Shown one piece after another: positions 20,393 through 29,856 of a stretch of 64,000 nt of DNA (the first letter of the stretch is position 1; each line of letters starts with the position of its first letter). The DNA is from an uncultured Gammaproteobacteria bacterium (GTDB lineage: Bacteria; Pseudomonadota; Gammaproteobacteria; JACCXJ01): NCBI GenBank assembly GCA_963764725.1, contig CAVXTM010000010.1, positions 96,001 through 160,000 of the forward strand, given 5' to 3'. Below the pieces are notes generated by a model. The model saw only the letters and a list, made by a program, of their open reading frames with translations, was not told where the DNA came from and did not search any database. Position numbers and translations under genes: made by a program.

Positions 20393-21382
20393 ATGAGCAC
20401 TAAAATTCTACCGCTAGAGGTTGCCGCCGATCCGCGTCTTTCAAGCGGCGTGAAGGCATTTTTGAAAGCGCTGAATTCGGGAGATGGCCCACCCTTAGAG
20501 ACATTACCCCCGCTAGAAGCGCGTGAGGTGCTGGTTAACGCGCAAGCGTCCGTTCACGTCAACCTTTCAGGCATTGAGGAGTCAGAGAAGACCATCACCA
20601 TCGATGGCTACACCGTCAAATTGAACGTCGTGCGCCCCAAGGGCGTCAAAGGAAAACTCCCGGTCTTCATCTTCATCCACGGCGGCGGTTGGGTACTCGG
20701 AGATTATCCAACACACAAGCGGATGGTTCGCGACCTCGTCGTCCTTTCCGGTTTGGCTGGAGTCTTCGTCAACTACACACGCACGCCCGACGCCAGGTAT
20801 CCACAAGCAGTCAACGAAATCTACGCCGCAACGAAGTGGGTGGCCGAGCACGGCGAGGAGATTGGGGTGGACGGGAAAAACCTGGCCGTCGTGGGCAACA
20901 GCGTCGGCGGCAATATGACGGCTGTGACCGCTCTGAAAGCTAAGGAGAAGGGCGGCCCCCTAATCAAACTTCAGATAATGATGTGGCCGATTGTGGACGC
21001 GAATTTCGAAACCGAATCCTACAAACAGTTTGGCGAGAAGCGTTTCCTCACCACGCCTTTGATGAAGTGGATGTATGACCTCTACACGACCGACCCCAAA
21101 GAGCGCAAAGAAATCTACGCCTCTCCCTTACAAGCTACGGTCGAGCAATTGAAGGGATTGCCTCCCGCACTGATCCAGGTCGCGGAAAGCGACGTTTTGC
21201 GTGACGAAGGCGAGGCGTACGGTCGCAAGTTGGACGAAGCTGGAGTCAAGGTTACCACGGTGCGATATAACGGCATGATCCACGACTTCGGATTGCTGAA
21301 TGGTTTAGCGATGGAACCAGCGACCCGTTCACTGTTCGAGCAGGCGGCCGCCGAACTGAAGAAATACCTGCGGCGTGAGTAA
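20393..21382 (+). CDS. HSL-family alpha/beta hydrolase (esterase)
   Basis: HGGGW, GNSVGG, DVLRDEG, IHDF. Confidence 0.92.
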   Translation: MSTKILPLEVAADPRLSSGVKAFLKALNSGDGPPLETLPPLEAREVLVNAQASVHVNLSGIEESEKTITIDGYTVKLNVVRPKGVKGKLPVFIFIHGGGWVLGDYPTHKRMVRDLVVLSGLAGVFVNYTRTPDARYPQAVNEIYAATKWVAEHGEEIGVDGKNLAVVGNSVGGNMTAVTALKAKEKGGPLIKLQIMMWPIVDANFETESYKQFGEKRFLTTPLMKWMYDLYTTDPKERKEIYASPLQATVEQLKGLPPALIQVAESDVLRDEGEAYGRKLDEAGVKVTTVRYNGMIHDFGLLNGLAMEPATRSLFEQAAAELKKYLRRE

Positions 21383-21485
21383 GAGAGAATGCACTTAAGC
21401 TTGCCCAGCGGCGCATTCGAGGCGAGGTAGGGTGACAGAAACTATCCGTCCTTGACAACAGACAATGGTCATTTATGATGAGCTT

Positions 21486-21725
21486 ATGACCATAACGATC
21501 ACCGAGTTCAAAGCCAAATGTCTTCATCTGATCCGTGAGGTAGAGGCGCAAGGAAAACCTATCGACATTACCCGTCGCGGGCGAGTGGTGGCACGCTTAG
21601 TCTCGGCCGCTCCAGTCGGCGCGCCCCGTGACAAGCCTTGGCAGCGCCTGCGCGGCAGCGGTCGTTTGGAGTGCGCACCCGGCGAATCGGCGTTGGCCGA
21701 CAGCGAGTTCAAAGCGCTGCGTTGA
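21486..21725 (+). CDS. Phd/YefM antitoxin
   Basis: ITEFKAKCLHLIREV...IDITRRGRVVARLV. Confidence 0.9.
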   Translation: MTITITEFKAKCLHLIREVEAQGKPIDITRRGRVVARLVSAAPVGAPRDKPWQRLRGSGRLECAPGESALADSEFKALR

Positions 21726-22126
21726 GCATCCTGCTCGATACGCACGCCTGGATCTGGTGGCTGACCGGCCAGCCAGATCTGCTCCGTAAACAGGCCGAAG
21801 CGCTCGATCGGCTGGCTGAGCGCCAATTGCCGCATCTGTCAGCTATAAGCCTTTGGGAAGCGCAGATGCTGAACGCCAAGGGCAGGCTGAAACTCGATTT
21901 GCCCTTCGATCGCTGGCTGCGCGAAGCCGCGATCCCGGAGGTGGTCCGCATACTACATCTCGACGTCGCTGTGGTTTTGGAGCTGAGCACGCTACCCGCG
22001 CGCTTTCGCGGCGATCCGGCCGATCGCATTATCGTAGCCACGGCGCGGGTGTTTAACCTCCCGCTACTCTCATTCGATGCGGCGATCCGCAAGGCGCGGG
22101 TCGTACGATTGTGGAAGGCCCCTTAG
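21722..22126 (+). CDS. vapC: VapC PIN-domain toxin
   Basis: TTG start overlapping the antitoxin stop; LLDTHAWIWW, SAISLWE, DPADRIIVATA. Confidence 0.9.
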   Translation: MSILLDTHAWIWWLTGQPDLLRKQAEALDRLAERQLPHLSAISLWEAQMLNAKGRLKLDLPFDRWLREAAIPEVVRILHLDVAVVLELSTLPARFRGDPADRIIVATARVFNLPLLSFDAAIRKARVVRLWKAP

Positions 22127-22172
22127 GGCCCGGTCGCCATCGACCGAAACCAGCTCAGCGGTTACTGTCTCG

Positions 22173-22958
22173 ATGGCGATCCTGATCGCATATCTGGCGC
22201 TCGGCGCGCTCGCCGGGATCCTCGCCGGGCTGTTTGGGATCGGAGGCGGCATCGTGATCGTGCCCGGTCTCTATTTCTTGTTTCTGGCGCAGGGGTTCTC
22301 GGAGCAGGTTTGCATGCACCTTGCCGTCGGCAGTTCGCTCGCGAGCGTGGTCTTTACCTCGATGTCCTCGGCGTCGGCGCATCATCGCCAGGGTTCCGTG
22401 CATTGGAAAGCGGTGCGGGGATTAACGCCCGGGATTTTGGCTGGGGCCGCGCTTGGGGCCGCGCTTGCCGATCTCATCCCCGGGCGGGGCTTGCGGCTCA
22501 TGTTCGGCCTCTTCGAGATCGTCGTAGCCGTGCAATTGTTGTATGGTTTCAAACCGGCTCCGCACCGCGAGTTACCTGGGCGGGGGGTGCTCGGCCTGAT
22601 GGGCGTCGTGATCGGTATGGTATCCGCGCTCCTCGGGATCGGCGGCGGCACGCTGACCGTACCGGTCTTGTTATGGTGTAATGTATCGATGCATCCAGCC
22701 GTGGGCACGTCGGCGGCCTGCGGTTTGCCGATCGCGCTCGCGGGTGCGCTTGGGTTCCTGATCACGGGCTGGGACGGCGCCGGTTTGCCGCACTGGAGCA
22801 GCGGTTATCTGTACTGGCCGGCCGTGACGGCGGTGGCCGGGGGAAGTGTCTTGTTCGCCCCGTTCGGTGCGCGCCTCGCCCACAGCCTGCCGGTCGTGAG
22901 CCTGAAGCGGTTATTCGCGCTGGTGGTCGCGGTCATCGGTATGCGCATACTTATATAG
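22173..22958 (+). CDS. Sulfite exporter TauE/SafE family membrane protein
   Basis: Twice-repeated GLFGIGGG / LLGIGGG motifs; multiple TM segments. Confidence 0.9.
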   Translation: MAILIAYLALGALAGILAGLFGIGGGIVIVPGLYFLFLAQGFSEQVCMHLAVGSSLASVVFTSMSSASAHHRQGSVHWKAVRGLTPGILAGAALGAALADLIPGRGLRLMFGLFEIVVAVQLLYGFKPAPHRELPGRGVLGLMGVVIGMVSALLGIGGGTLTVPVLLWCNVSMHPAVGTSAACGLPIALAGALGFLITGWDGAGLPHWSSGYLYWPAVTAVAGGSVLFAPFGARLAHSLPVVSLKRLFALVVAVIGMRILI

Positions 22959-23012
22959 TCTTAACGTGGGCTTTTTTATAGGCTTCTAACGGCCTACACG
23001 AGCGGTAACCCA

Positions 23013-23483
23013 GTGTCCAAGTTCCTGCTGTCGATATTGATTTTCTTAGTCTTGCTGCTTGGGCTCCTGGCCGGTGCCCTGGCGGGAAACCGGTTGCCGT
23101 GGTTGGAACCGCCCGGTCCGTGGGTGAGGCTCAAGACCTATCTCGGTTCCAACGTGGCGCGGACGGACGCGGCCAGCACCTTTACTGAGCTACGCCCCCG
23201 TCTCTATCAAGCGGCGCCTGTAGAGGTCTTTGTCAGGGCGCGGGAGGCGATGACGCAGCTTGGTTGGGAAGTCGTAGGGCAAGATCGAGACCGGCTTCGG
23301 CTCGACGCGGTAGTGACCACGCGGCTCTTGCGTTTCAAGGACGATCTCGTCGTGCGGCTGGTACCGACGGAGGGGCACACCGCTGTCCACGCCGAATCGC
23401 GCTCGCGTGTGGGCCGTGGCGATCTCGGTGCCAACACGCGCCATATCCTCGATTTATATGAGCGCTTGGACCAGGTGCGATGA
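23013..23483 (+). CDS. DUF1499-family protein
   Basis: TRLLRFKDDLVVR...SRSRVGRGDLGANTRHI. Confidence 0.8.
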   Translation: MSKFLLSILIFLVLLLGLLAGALAGNRLPWLEPPGPWVRLKTYLGSNVARTDAASTFTELRPRLYQAAPVEVFVRAREAMTQLGWEVVGQDRDRLRLDAVVTTRLLRFKDDLVVRLVPTEGHTAVHAESRSRVGRGDLGANTRHILDLYERLDQVR

Positions 23484-24508
23484 TGGAGGTGGGGCCTAGA
23501 CGGATTCCGGGCCACGCCGCCTTGGCGGTGGCGACGCGCGGGGTGGCGGTCGAGAGCATTCACTACGGGTCGATTGCCGCAGTCGATTCCAAGGGCCGGC
23601 TCATCGCCAGCGCGGGCGATCCGTGTGCGTTGACATTTACGCGCTCGGCCTGCAAACCGCTGCAAATACTGCCCTTGCTCGCTCATGATGGCGTAGATCG
23701 GTTTGCGTTCACGCCTGAGGAGATCGCGCTCATGTGCGCGAGCCATTCCGGCGAACCCAAGCACGTCGATGCAGTGCTTGGGATCCTCTCGAAGATCCGC
23801 TGCAGCCGGCGTGATCTCCAGTGCGGGGTGCATGTCCCGCTGCTGTATCAAGCGCTCGGCCGGCCGCCGAAGCCAAGCGAGGCGTTTGACGCGCTCCACC
23901 ATAACTGCTCCGGGAAGCATGCGGGGATGCTGGCGCTCGCCCGCTTGCTCGAGGCCCCGATCGAAGACTATCTCAAGGTCGAGCACCCGGTCCAACAACG
24001 GATCTTGGCGGCTATCGCGAGCATGGCGGATGTATCTCTGGGCGACATCGTCGTCGGAATCGACGGCTGCAGCGCGCCCAACGCGGCCATCCCCCTGCGG
24101 GCGCTGGCGCTGGCCTATGCGCGGCTTGCGGGCGGGGAGGGGATGCACCTCGAGGTGTGCAGGGCCGTTTTCTCCGCCATCGCCGCTCATCCCGGCATGG
24201 TGTCCGGGAGCGGCCGGTTTGACCATGCATTGACCCAAAGCGGCCGCGGGAAGTGGGTAAGCAAAGGAGGGGCGGAAGGCGTCGAGGGTATTGGCGTTAA
24301 GGGTCGCGGCTGGGGGATCGCCATCAAGATCGCGGACGGCGCGCCACGCGCGCTGCACGTGGTCACGATCGAGGTCTTGCGCCAGCTCGGAGTGCTGAAA
24401 CCACCGATCGCTACGGTGCTCATCCCCTACCGCCGGGTGTCGCTTTCGAATGCGCGCGGGGTGGAGATCGGCGAGGTGATGCCGGTGTTTAAACTAAGGA
24501 AACTCTGA
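23480..24508 (+). CDS. L-asparaginase II (Rhizobium AnsA type)
   Basis: RGVAVESIH, RSACKP, CASHSGE, HNCSGKH, DGCSAP, SKGGAEG. Confidence 0.9.
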   Translation: MMEVGPRRIPGHAALAVATRGVAVESIHYGSIAAVDSKGRLIASAGDPCALTFTRSACKPLQILPLLAHDGVDRFAFTPEEIALMCASHSGEPKHVDAVLGILSKIRCSRRDLQCGVHVPLLYQALGRPPKPSEAFDALHHNCSGKHAGMLALARLLEAPIEDYLKVEHPVQQRILAAIASMADVSLGDIVVGIDGCSAPNAAIPLRALALAYARLAGGEGMHLEVCRAVFSAIAAHPGMVSGSGRFDHALTQSGRGKWVSKGGAEGVEGIGVKGRGWGIAIKIADGAPRALHVVTIEVLRQLGVLKPPIATVLIPYRRVSLSNARGVEIGEVMPVFKLRKL

Positions 24509-24640
24509 ATAAACTACTGCGCCGCCCATCTGCTTTGTCTCGTGCTCGCTCGCCGCTCGCCTATCTGCATGGTATGTCTCGCGTCTCGCTGCGCGGCTTC
24601 GCGCAGCTGGGCGTGCTCATAACACTTATTCAGAGTTTCC
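24498..24640. repeat. MITE-like element family C, copy 1
   Basis: Perfect 15-bp terminal inverted repeat GGAAACTCTGAATAA/TTATTCAGAGTTTCC; supplies the asparaginase stop codon. Confidence 0.75.
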
Positions 24641-24947
24641 CTAGGCTAGGATGTGGCGAGCCCTTCTAGTTAGCTCGCGAACTCTTGAGCGGGCCAAAGC
24701 TAGGGATAAGCATGCTTTACTTTAGCCTGCAATGAAACCTCGCAATCCGAATGTGAAAAAAAGGTACAAACACGCAGCATCCAAATCCTGATTCTAAACG
24801 TATACAACCACGAATACTTGCTCGGAAAGGGAATTGCCAGAGTCAACCCGAGGGACGGCTACGTATTCAGGTGGACGAGTCACCCGTCTTCGGGTGGTTT
24901 CTCTTTAAGTGAAATTGCATGTATACACAGGTATTAGGAGAACGACG

Positions 24948-25823
24948 ATGAATCCAATCTCGAAGCTGTCTAAAACCGCGGCTATTGCGCTATGCGCATT
25001 GGCTCTGGGAATCACGGAAAACGCACTGGCCACGAGCAGCACGGGCAAAAGCGCAAAATCCCTTAAAGTCATCGGCCTGACTGACGATGGTCGGCTGGTC
25101 AAATTCCAGAGCGATAAACCTGGCCGCAGCCAAGAAATCGGCTTTGTCACGGGGCTTGTCGGTAACGATGTGGCGCTGGTCGGCATCGATTTCCGGGTTC
25201 AAGATGGTCTGCTCTACGGCGTTGGAAATGGCGGAGGTGTCTACACCATAGACCGGCGGACTGGTGTGGCGAGTTTCGTGAATTCGCTCAATGACGGCGT
25301 CAATCCAGTCGCATTATCCGGAACCTTTTTCGGCGTTGACTTCAATCCCGCGGCCGACCGTTTGAGAATCATTAGTGATACCGGCCAAAATCTTGCCCAC
25401 AACGTCAATGCGGGCGGCACGACGACGGTGGGGCCGGGCATGCTCAATAACGGGGCGACTCCGCCGGTGGTTGTGCTCGGTGTTAGCGGTGCCGCGTACA
25501 CCAACAACGATCTCCAGCCGACTACAGCGACGACGCTCTTCGACATCAATGCGACGGGTGATCAGGTCGTGATTCAGTCACCCCCTGCGAGCGGCGCACT
25601 CACGCCAACCGGATCGCTCGGGGTAGATGCAGGTCCCTGGGTGGGCTTTGATATTTATAGCTCGTTGGTAGGCGGTGTGACCGTGCAAAACCGTGCCTTT
25701 GCGTCACTGGTTGTGGGCGGCGTATACGGTTTCTACCAGATTAACCCGCTGACCGGTGCGGCCAAGCGAGTCGGCAAGTTTAACGACACAGTGGTGGACA
25801 TTGCCGTTCGCCTGAATCAGTAA
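24948..25823 (+). CDS. Secreted DUF4394-family protein
   Basis: Signal peptide; LVGIDFR, GVDFNPAADRLRIISDTGQNL, AAYTN, GFDI. Confidence 0.85.
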   Translation: MNPISKLSKTAAIALCALALGITENALATSSTGKSAKSLKVIGLTDDGRLVKFQSDKPGRSQEIGFVTGLVGNDVALVGIDFRVQDGLLYGVGNGGGVYTIDRRTGVASFVNSLNDGVNPVALSGTFFGVDFNPAADRLRIISDTGQNLAHNVNAGGTTTVGPGMLNNGATPPVVVLGVSGAAYTNNDLQPTTATTLFDINATGDQVVIQSPPASGALTPTGSLGVDAGPWVGFDIYSSLVGGVTVQNRAFASLVVGGVYGFYQINPLTGAAKRVGKFNDTVVDIAVRLNQ

Positions 25824-25835
25824 CTTCGGGAGTAA

Positions 25836-25870
25836 ACCGCTCGTCCGGTCGGGCCCTCGGGCGAGCGGTT
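25836..25870 (+). terminator. Hairpin downstream of the DUF4394 gene
   Basis: AACCGCTCGTCC...GGGCGAGCGGTT inverted repeat; weak U-tract. Confidence 0.4.
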
Positions 25871-26083
25871 CATCCGCCTACGGCAAGCGCCGCCTCACCC
25901 CCAAATAATTACCTAGCCACAGGATGACGGAGCACCCCCGGCTACCGCTTGGATCGAGGGGGCGGGGCACGGGTCCGTAAGAGCAAAAGACGCAGCATCC
26001 CATGACTCAGCGTCCGCAAAGGTTGACGCGCGCGCAATAATTTGCACAATGGTGGCCCCAATTGGGGGAGCGATTCTTGAGTC

Positions 26084-27043
26084 ATGCACTCGATCGAAGT
26101 CAAGCATCTCAGTAAAGATTTTGGCATTTTGCAGGCGGTCACCGATGTGTCTTTCACGGTTGAGCGCGGCGATGTTCTCGGCTTTCTCGGACCCAATGGG
26201 GCTGGTAAATCCACGGCCATGAAGATGATCGCGGGGTTCCTCGAGCCGAGCGCGGGGACCGTGACGGTGTGCGGTCACGATGTGGTCGAAAGGCCCGTAG
26301 CCGTCAAATCCAAGATCGGTTATTTACCCGAGGGCGCGCCCCTCTATGGCGAGATGACGCCCGCGGGCTTTCTCGAGTTCATCGCCGAGGTGCGGGGGCT
26401 GTCCCCCCGGCAAAGAGAGGAGAAAATTGCCGATGTCGTGCAGAAGATCCACCTTGAAGGCGTTCTCCAGCAACGCATCGAGACGCTTTCCAAAGGCTAT
26501 AAGCGCCGCGTCGGTCTCGCTCAGGCCCTGCTGCATGATCCGGAGGTCTTGATCCTGGACGAGCCGACCGACGGCCTCGATCCGAATCAAAAGCACGAGG
26601 TCCGCACGCTCATCAAGGAGATGGCCCCTCATAAGGCGATCATCATCTCGACGCATATTCTCGAAGAAGTGGATGCGGTCTGCACCCGCGCCATCATCAT
26701 CGGGCGGGGCCGGGTACTGTTTGCCGGGACGCCGGCCGAGCTCGAAGCGCGCTCACGGTATTACAACGCGGTCGCCCTGGTCCTGAACCATGGCGCGGCG
26801 GGCAATGCCAAGAGGCGCTTGCTAACCTTGAGCAACGTCGAGGACATCGAGGAGATCCCGGTGCGCGATGGGTTGGTGCGCCTGCTGGTACTGCCAAAAA
26901 AAAGCCGCTCGATTATCGCCGAAATCGGCGAGACCGTGCGCGGAAACGGCTGGGAGGTGGACGAGCTACGCGTGGAGACCGGGCACCTCGATGAGGTGTT
27001 CCGCACCATCACCGCGGATTTTAACGAGGGCGCGCGCGCATGA
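26084..27043 (+). CDS. ABC transporter ATP-binding protein (GldA-like)
   Basis: GPNGAGKST, LSKGYKRR, LILDEPT, STH. Confidence 0.93.
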   Translation: MHSIEVKHLSKDFGILQAVTDVSFTVERGDVLGFLGPNGAGKSTAMKMIAGFLEPSAGTVTVCGHDVVERPVAVKSKIGYLPEGAPLYGEMTPAGFLEFIAEVRGLSPRQREEKIADVVQKIHLEGVLQQRIETLSKGYKRRVGLAQALLHDPEVLILDEPTDGLDPNQKHEVRTLIKEMAPHKAIIISTHILEEVDAVCTRAIIIGRGRVLFAGTPAELEARSRYYNAVALVLNHGAAGNAKRRLLTLSNVEDIEEIPVRDGLVRLLVLPKKSRSIIAEIGETVRGNGWEVDELRVETGHLDEVFRTITADFNEGARA

Positions 27044-27774
27044 GGATCACCTTCGCGATTTTCAAGCGGGAGCTTCATGCCTATTTCGCGACGCCCGTCG
27101 CTTATGTCTTTATCGTGATCTTCTTGTTGTTGACCGGGGTCTTTACCTTTTATCTCGGCGGCTTCTACGAAAGCAATCAAGCCGATCTCGATGCCTTTTT
27201 CCAGTTCCATCCGTGGCTGTATTTATTTTTAATCCCGGCGATCTCGATGCGCCTCTGGGCCGAAGAGCGTAAGGCGGGAACGATCGAGCTGTTGATGACC
27301 CTGCCGGTGTCGTTGACGCAAGCAGTATTGGGTAAGTACCTGGCGGCCTGGTGTTTCACCGCCTTGGCGCTGGCCTTGACGTTTCCGATCTGGATCACCG
27401 TGAACTACTTGGGCGATCCAGACAATGGTGTCATCGTGGCCGGATATCTCGGAAGTTTGATCATGGCCGGCGGGTTTCTCGCCATCGGGGGGTGCTTCTC
27501 GGCGCTGACGAAGAGTCAGGTCGTTGCCTTCGTGCTCAGCATGGCCGTCTCCTTCTGCTTCGTGCTCAGCGGTTTCCCCATCGTGCTCGATTTGTTCCAG
27601 GCCTGGATGCCACAAGCGCTGGTCGATGCCATCGCTTCCTTCAGCTTCCTCACGCATTTTTCGGCGATTCGCAAGGGTGTCATCGATGTGCGGAGTCTAG
27701 TCTATTTTCTTAGCCTCATCGCCTTTTGGTTATACGCCACGACGGTCGCGATCGATGCGCGTAAAGCCAGTTAA
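27040..27774 (+). CDS. ABC-2 permease (GldF-like)
   Basis: MRLWAEERKAGTIELLMTLP...LGKYLA; about six TM segments. Confidence 0.9.
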   Translation: MRITFAIFKRELHAYFATPVAYVFIVIFLLLTGVFTFYLGGFYESNQADLDAFFQFHPWLYLFLIPAISMRLWAEERKAGTIELLMTLPVSLTQAVLGKYLAAWCFTALALALTFPIWITVNYLGDPDNGVIVAGYLGSLIMAGGFLAIGGCFSALTKSQVVAFVLSMAVSFCFVLSGFPIVLDLFQAWMPQALVDAIASFSFLTHFSAIRKGVIDVRSLVYFLSLIAFWLYATTVAIDARKAS

Positions 27775-27801
27775 GCTCACCTACGGGAGGAGGCGACAGT
27801 T

Positions 27802-29661
27802 ATGAGCCGCAAATGGCTCTCGGGAGGGGGACTGATGCTGGCGGCGGCGTTATTCGTGGCCGTCAACATTGTGACCGCCGAGACCTTAAGCTCATGGCGA
27901 TTGGACGTGACCGAGAGCCGGTTGTTTACGCTCTCGAAGGGCACCCGCAACATCCTCAAGTCACTCGAGGAACCGATCACCCTCAGATTCTATTTTTCCG
28001 AGAAACTGTTCTCGGGGATCCCGGCGCTGCAAAGCTACGGTAACCGTATCCGCGACTTATTGGAAGAATATGTCGCGGTGTCCAACGGTCAACTGGTTTT
28101 GAACGTCATTGATCCCGAAGCCTTTTCCGAGGCCGAGGACCGAGCGGTGGCCTATGGCATCACCCAGTTGCCGATCAGCACCACAGGCGATCGCGGGTAT
28201 TTAGGACTTGCCGGGACCAACTCGACCGACGACGAGCAAGCCATCGCCTTTTTCCAACCGGAAAAAGAGCAGTCTCTGGAGTATGAGATCACGAAGCTTA
28301 TCTATGCCCTCGCGCATCCCAAGAAACGCGTGATCGGTGTCCTCAGTTCGTTGCCGCTGTTCGGGGGAGCGGCGCAGCAGGAGTCGCAGTGGGCGCTCGC
28401 GACGATGTTGCGCGAAGCGTTTGAGATCAGGGAGATCGGGCAGGAGGCGACAGAGATCGGCGCGGACGTGGACACCTTGCTTCTGATCCATCCCAAGGCG
28501 CTGTCCGAACAGATGCGCTACGCGATCGATCAGTTCGTGCTCAAGGGCGGTAAGGCGATGGTCTTCGTCGATCCGTTCGCCGAGGAAGATCGCTCCGCGC
28601 CGCCCCCAGAGAATCCCGGTGCCTTGCCGCAATTCGAATCCAACCTGCCCGATCTTTTCGAGAAATGGGGGGTGAAGCTCGTCGCGGGCAAAGTGGCCGG
28701 CGATTTGGAGTCGGCGCTGCGCGTCTCCTTTAACGGTCCCGCCGGGCCCCAGCAAATCGAATATCTGCCCTGGCTGCGCCTCGGCCGCGAGCATTTCAAC
28801 CGCGAGGATTTCGTGACCAACGAGCTCAAAACCATCAATGTCGGCACCGCCGGTGTGTTGGAGAAAGTCGCTGCCGCCGGCACACGCTTCACGCCGCTCA
28901 TCTCCACCGGTCAGCGCGCCGCGCTCTTGGAGCGGGAGATGGTGATGTTCAACCGCGATCCGGCGGCGCTGCTCCAGGGCTTTACCCCGGGTGATAAAGC
29001 ACTGACCTTGGCCGCGCGTATCAGCGGTAAAGTCAAAACCGCCTTTCCCAAGGGCCGGCCAAAAAAGCTCGAGACGGATGCCAGCGATGCCGGTTTTATC
29101 GCGGAATCCAAGAGTCCCGTCAATCTGATCGTGGTGGCCGACACCGATCTCTTGAGCGACCGCTTCTGGGTGCAGGTACAGAACTTCTTGGGGCTTCGGG
29201 TGCCTTCGGCGTTCGCGGACAACGCCAATTTCGTGATCAATGCCCTCGACAACCTGGGCGGTAACGATGACCTCATCAGCTTGCGCAGCCGCGGCGAGTA
29301 TTCGCGACCGTTCACGCGCGTCGAAGCCGTTCAACGGGAGGCCGAGGCGCGTTTCCGCGACCGCGAGCGAGCGCTCCAAGCCAAGCTCGAGGAGACGGAG
29401 CGCAAGATCCAAGAGCTGCAAAGCAAGAAAGAGGAGGGCAGCGCCTTGCTTCTTAGCCCGGAGCAAAAACAGGCAATCGAGGCGTTTCGCGGCGAGCAGA
29501 TCGCGACGCGCAAGGAGCTACGCGCCGTGCAGCACGACCTGCGCAAGAACATCGAACGTTTGGGCGACCAATTGCGTTTTATCAACATCGGCTTGGTGCC
29601 GATCTTGATCGGGTTGTTCGGAATCGGTCTGGGGATAGTGCGCGCCCGCCGCCACCCTTGA
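27802..29661 (+). CDS. GldG-family ABC auxiliary protein
   Basis: RLDVTESRLFTLSKGT, EYEIT, IDQFVLKGG, C-terminal coiled coil and TM. Confidence 0.88.
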   Translation: MSRKWLSGGGLMLAAALFVAVNIVTAETLSSWRLDVTESRLFTLSKGTRNILKSLEEPITLRFYFSEKLFSGIPALQSYGNRIRDLLEEYVAVSNGQLVLNVIDPEAFSEAEDRAVAYGITQLPISTTGDRGYLGLAGTNSTDDEQAIAFFQPEKEQSLEYEITKLIYALAHPKKRVIGVLSSLPLFGGAAQQESQWALATMLREAFEIREIGQEATEIGADVDTLLLIHPKALSEQMRYAIDQFVLKGGKAMVFVDPFAEEDRSAPPPENPGALPQFESNLPDLFEKWGVKLVAGKVAGDLESALRVSFNGPAGPQQIEYLPWLRLGREHFNREDFVTNELKTINVGTAGVLEKVAAAGTRFTPLISTGQRAALLEREMVMFNRDPAALLQGFTPGDKALTLAARISGKVKTAFPKGRPKKLETDASDAGFIAESKSPVNLIVVADTDLLSDRFWVQVQNFLGLRVPSAFADNANFVINALDNLGGNDDLISLRSRGEYSRPFTRVEAVQREAEARFRDRERALQAKLEETERKIQELQSKKEEGSALLLSPEQKQAIEAFRGEQIATRKELRAVQHDLRKNIERLGDQLRFINIGLVPILIGLFGIGLGIVRARRHP

Positions 29662-29850
29662 GAGCTTATGAATAAATCTACTGCGCTCGGCATCTCGCGT
29701 TCCGGCGGTGCTCGGAATCCTCATGTATTTGAACATACACTCCGGTTCCTGTGCTCCGGCGGAAAGCCAGGGCCAGGGAACGGCCCTGTTTGGCGCGCCG
29801 AGGATGCAACGCGACCTGCCCTCGCTCGTTGACGATTTCTTCACAAGCTC
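29662..29850. repeat. MITE-like element family C, copy 2, carrying a nested family-B repeat (29765-29808)
   Basis: Terminal IR GAGCTTATGAATAAATC/GATTTCTTCACAAGCTC; shares TGAATAAA(T)CTACTGCGC with 24498. Confidence 0.7.
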
Positions 29851-29856
29851 AGCGCA

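Noticed and set aside
24848-24896. Possible riboswitch upstream of the DUF4394 gene
   Set aside because: Only a single stem (ACCCGAGGGACGG/CCGTCTTCGGGT) is visible, with no recognisable aptamer consensus.
28201-29466. 421-aa minus-strand ORF (and similar long antisense ORFs at 3735-4706 and 23207-24358)
   Set aside because: GC-rich shadow frames of well-supported genes on the opposite strand.
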